Positions 61,021 through 64,000 of a stretch of 64,000 nucleotides of DNA are shown here, in pieces. The stretch is from Torpedo marmorata (Eukaryota), in contig OZ360228.1 in the NCBI GenBank assembly GCA_977017645.1, positions 82,212,001-82,276,000 of the forward strand, in the 5' to 3' direction. Every line of letters begins with the position of its first letter. The stretch's first letter is position 1. A model generated the notes under the pieces. The model worked only from the letters and a program-made list of their open reading frames with translations, ran no database searches and was not told the DNA's origin. The position numbers were made by a program, and so were the translations under genes.

Positions 61021-61740
61021 GTACCTGTATGGCAGCAGTTAGTAAGAATTTCAGTGCATATGTACATTATACAATATGTATAGCAATAGACTCATCAGCT
61101 TCATATCCCTCAATTGACCTTAGACAGACTGGACTACAACTGGATTGGAGTTCTTAAAGGCAAGAGAGGAGTAATGTTGATTTCACTCTTGGTTGATAGA
61201 CTTTACTCGGAAGAGTGAGTAGAAACAAAGCAATGTAAAGGGTGAAATTCTAATGCGGTTAAAAGAGCAGTGAAATCTGGGTGAATGTGCACATAAATCT
61301 TAGAAGGAAGGAAGTTGAGAAACTGGTTACTCAAATCCTGAGGCATCAATTAAAAATTTGAGAAAGGAATAATAAACCTTTCTAAGACACTGCAGTCACC
61401 TTTTTAGGCTCCAACAGGCTCAGGAAACTGGATTCAGGTCCATATTTGATCTGAAGTATTGTAATCAGTGCTGCTCATCGCAGCTTGGCAGTATGTGAGG
61501 GTGTCTGGAGTGCAGAAAATACTTGCTGGAATGTTTCCAAGATGAGAGAAATGTCTCTTCTCCAGCCACCTTTAATGGAAGGTTCCATGCAGTTGGAACT
61601 TCCTGATGTTCAGTTTCAGAATGTTTTATTCATTTGAGTTTGGTTTAATAAGAAGTTCCTGTGAAGATGATGTTCCCACCTAGCTGCCTGTCCAGAACCA
61701 GGGGGTAACAATCCACAAATAGTGGATCAGCCATTGAGGG

Positions 61741-62555
61741 CAGAATCACAAACGGCAATGAGGAAGCGTACAGGAGGGAGATACATCAGCTCGTTGAATG
61801 GTGTAATGGCAACAACCTTGAGCTCAACGTCAGCAAGACCAAGGAGATGATTGTGGACTTCAGGAGGAAGTCAGGGGAACACGACCCAGTCCTCATCGAG
61901 GGCTCAGTCGTGGAGAGGGTCAAGAACTTCAAATTCCTGGGTGTCAACATCTCTGAGGATCTGTCCTGGAGCATCCACGTTGATGCAATCACAAAGAAGG
62001 CTCGTCAGCGGCTATACTTTGTGAGGTGTCTGCGGAGATTCGGTATGTCACCAAAGACTCTCGTAAACTTCTACAGGTGTACCGTGGAGAGCATTCTGGC
62101 TGGTTGCATCACTGCCTGGTATGGAGGCGCCAACTCCCAGGACAAGAGTAAACTCCAGAAGGTTGTTAACTCGGCCTGTGACATCACAGACACCAAACTT
62201 CACTCCATCGAGGACATCTACATGAGGCGGTATCTTAAAAAAGCAGCCTCTATCCTCAAAGACCCCCACCACCCAGGCCATGCCCTCTTCACTCTGCTTC
62301 CATCGGGAAAAAGGTACAGGAGCCTAAAGACGAGCACTCTACGGCACAAGGACAGCTTCTTCCCCGCTGCCATCAGATTCTTGAATAATCAATGAACCAA
62401 AGACGCTGCCTTACTTTTCGTGCACTATTGTTTATAATTTTTTATAGTAATGTCGTTAGATGGTTAATATGAATGTTAATTGCACTATGATGCTCCCGCA
62501 AAACATAGAATTTCATGACTTGTTCATGACAATGAATTCTGATTCTGATTCTGAA
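61741..62555 (+). mobile_element. 5'-truncated Rex1/Babar LINE family 2 with open ORF2 C-terminus
   Basis: ORF 61847..62395; near-identical to 15774-16580. Confidence 0.92.
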
Positions 62556-62865
62556 CAGAAATAAGACATACTTCCTTCTCCCAGAGTATAATGAAACTTT
62601 GGAATTCTGTACCCATCAGGGCTCAGTGACAGTATATTCAGGACAGAGATCCATAGATTTATGGATATTTAGGAATCAAGGGAAATGGGATAGTGCAGGA
62701 GTGTGGCACTGTTAATGCTGGCATTGTAATCTTTCTTAATCCCACCCAAGGACATTTCCTGGTTCTCTCCTATTGCCCATCAATTTTCAGCACATTACGA
62801 AGATCAGATGAAAATACCATGTCAGGTTCATACACATTCTAATTTATTTTAATTTAATTTTTTAA

Positions 62866-63015
62866 TTCAAGATTCAAGATTCAATTTATTGTCATAGTAA
62901 TAAAACAGTGTCATATTACATGGAATTTCTTTTTGCCTGCTGCAAGGCAGACAGATTTGCCACCGGCAGAAATTGCCTAAGCGCCTCTTACATTCCTTAC
63001 AGTCAGAGAAAGAGA
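62866..63015 (-). mobile_element. 3' end of the non-coding Rex-tailed element
   Basis: Matches 7437-7575 and the reverse of 49620-49775. Confidence 0.85.
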
Positions 63016-63016
63016 A

Positions 63017-63650
63017 TCATAGAACCATAGAAAACCGACAGCACAATACAGGCCCTTCGGCCCACAAAGTTGTGCCGAACATGTCACTACTCTAGGAATT
63101 GATAGACTTACTTATATCCCTCTATATTTCTGAGCTCCATGTACCTATCCAAAAGTCTCTTAAAAGTCCCTATAGAATCCGCCCTCACCACCGTTGCCGG
63201 CAACTCATTCCACGCACCCACCACTCTCTGCGTAAAAAACGTACCTCTGACATTTCCTTCTTCCCAACACCTTAAACCTGTGTCCCCTTGTAGCAACCAT
63301 TTCGGCCCTGGGAAAAAGCCTCTGACTGTCTACACGATCAAAGCCCCTTATCATCTTAAACACCTCAATCATGTCCCCTCTCATTCTCCTTCGTTCCAAG
63401 GAGAAAAGGCCTAGTTCCCTCAACCTGTTTTCATAGGGCATGCTCCCTAAACCAGGCAACATCCTAGTAAATCTCCTCTGCACCCTTTCTAATGCCTCCA
63501 CATCCTTCCTGTAGTGAGGCGACCAGAACTGCACACAATACTCCGATATAGGTCTGACCAACGTCCTATACAGTTGCAACATTACCTCTCGACTCCTAAA
63601 TTCAATTCCTCGATTTATAAAGGCCAATACATCGTAGCCTTCTTAACCAC
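63017..63650 (-). mobile_element. CR1/L2 LINE 3' end
   Basis: ORF 63205..63627 FINRGIEFRSREVMLQLYRTLVRP...ERVQRRFTRMLPGL; tail (TTCTATG)n. Confidence 0.9.
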
Positions 63651-63651
63651 T

Positions 63652-64000
63652 AGCCCCTTTTATAGTGCAAAGAAAGCGACTGTAAAGACAGAACATTTCT
63701 GTCTTTAAGTCGCCTCACTTACCTTCATAAAAAGTTCGATGGCGGATTGGCAAGGCGTACTCCGAAATGCCTAAGAGGTAGACACAGAGGTGGAGAGAAT
63801 CTCTCCACCTCCTCCATAAAAAGAAAGCAGCTTAAAGCGTCTGGCAAGGGGAGGTCTGATGACGTCGCGATGACGCCATCAGCTTGCGACCAAGGAGAGT
63901 TGATCTATATGGCGCTGGCACTGACAGAGCGGTTCCAGCTGCGTAGGGGATTATGGGTAATGAAGACGACTTTGCTCGGCGCGTATGTTTGACGTCATGG
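63652..64000. mobile_element. Second PIF/Harbinger-like element, opposite orientation, running off the window
   Basis: AGCCCCTTTTATAGTGCAAA... mirrors about 46195-46609; preceded by ACT. Confidence 0.75.

Overview
Eukaryotic (vertebrate) genomic DNA, most likely from a cartilaginous fish, inferred from HE1/V-type tRNA SINEs, a Deu-type SINE and the repeat mix; the species cannot be read from the sequence. The only host gene is BMP4 on the + strand: a 5' UTR exon ending at 26891, then coding exons 27531-27882 and 28360-29198 (396 aa). It sits in a transposon-poor, CpG-retaining island at about 24-32 kb. The rest is dense, often nested mobile DNA: Rex1/Babar, CR1/L2, L1/Tx1 and RTE LINE fragments, Penelope-like elements with minimal hammerhead-ribozyme motifs, tRNA and 5S-derived SINEs, and hAT, Tc1/mariner and Harbinger-type non-autonomous DNA elements. 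The most notable observations are: (1) one small hAT MITE family is twice joined to inverted copies of its own upstream flank (22753-23826 and 36706-37163), and a third templated inverted insertion lies in a LINE; (2) a spliced, strong-Kozak upstream ORF overlaps the BMP4 start codon; (3) a 5S-headed SINE with a Rex-like tail and a family of non-coding Rex-tailed elements; (4) Penelope hammerheads that consistently have U instead of C at core position 3. Repeat boundaries without a target-site duplication (TSD) are approximate. Family names and comparisons with human BMP4 come from recalled motifs, not from database searches.
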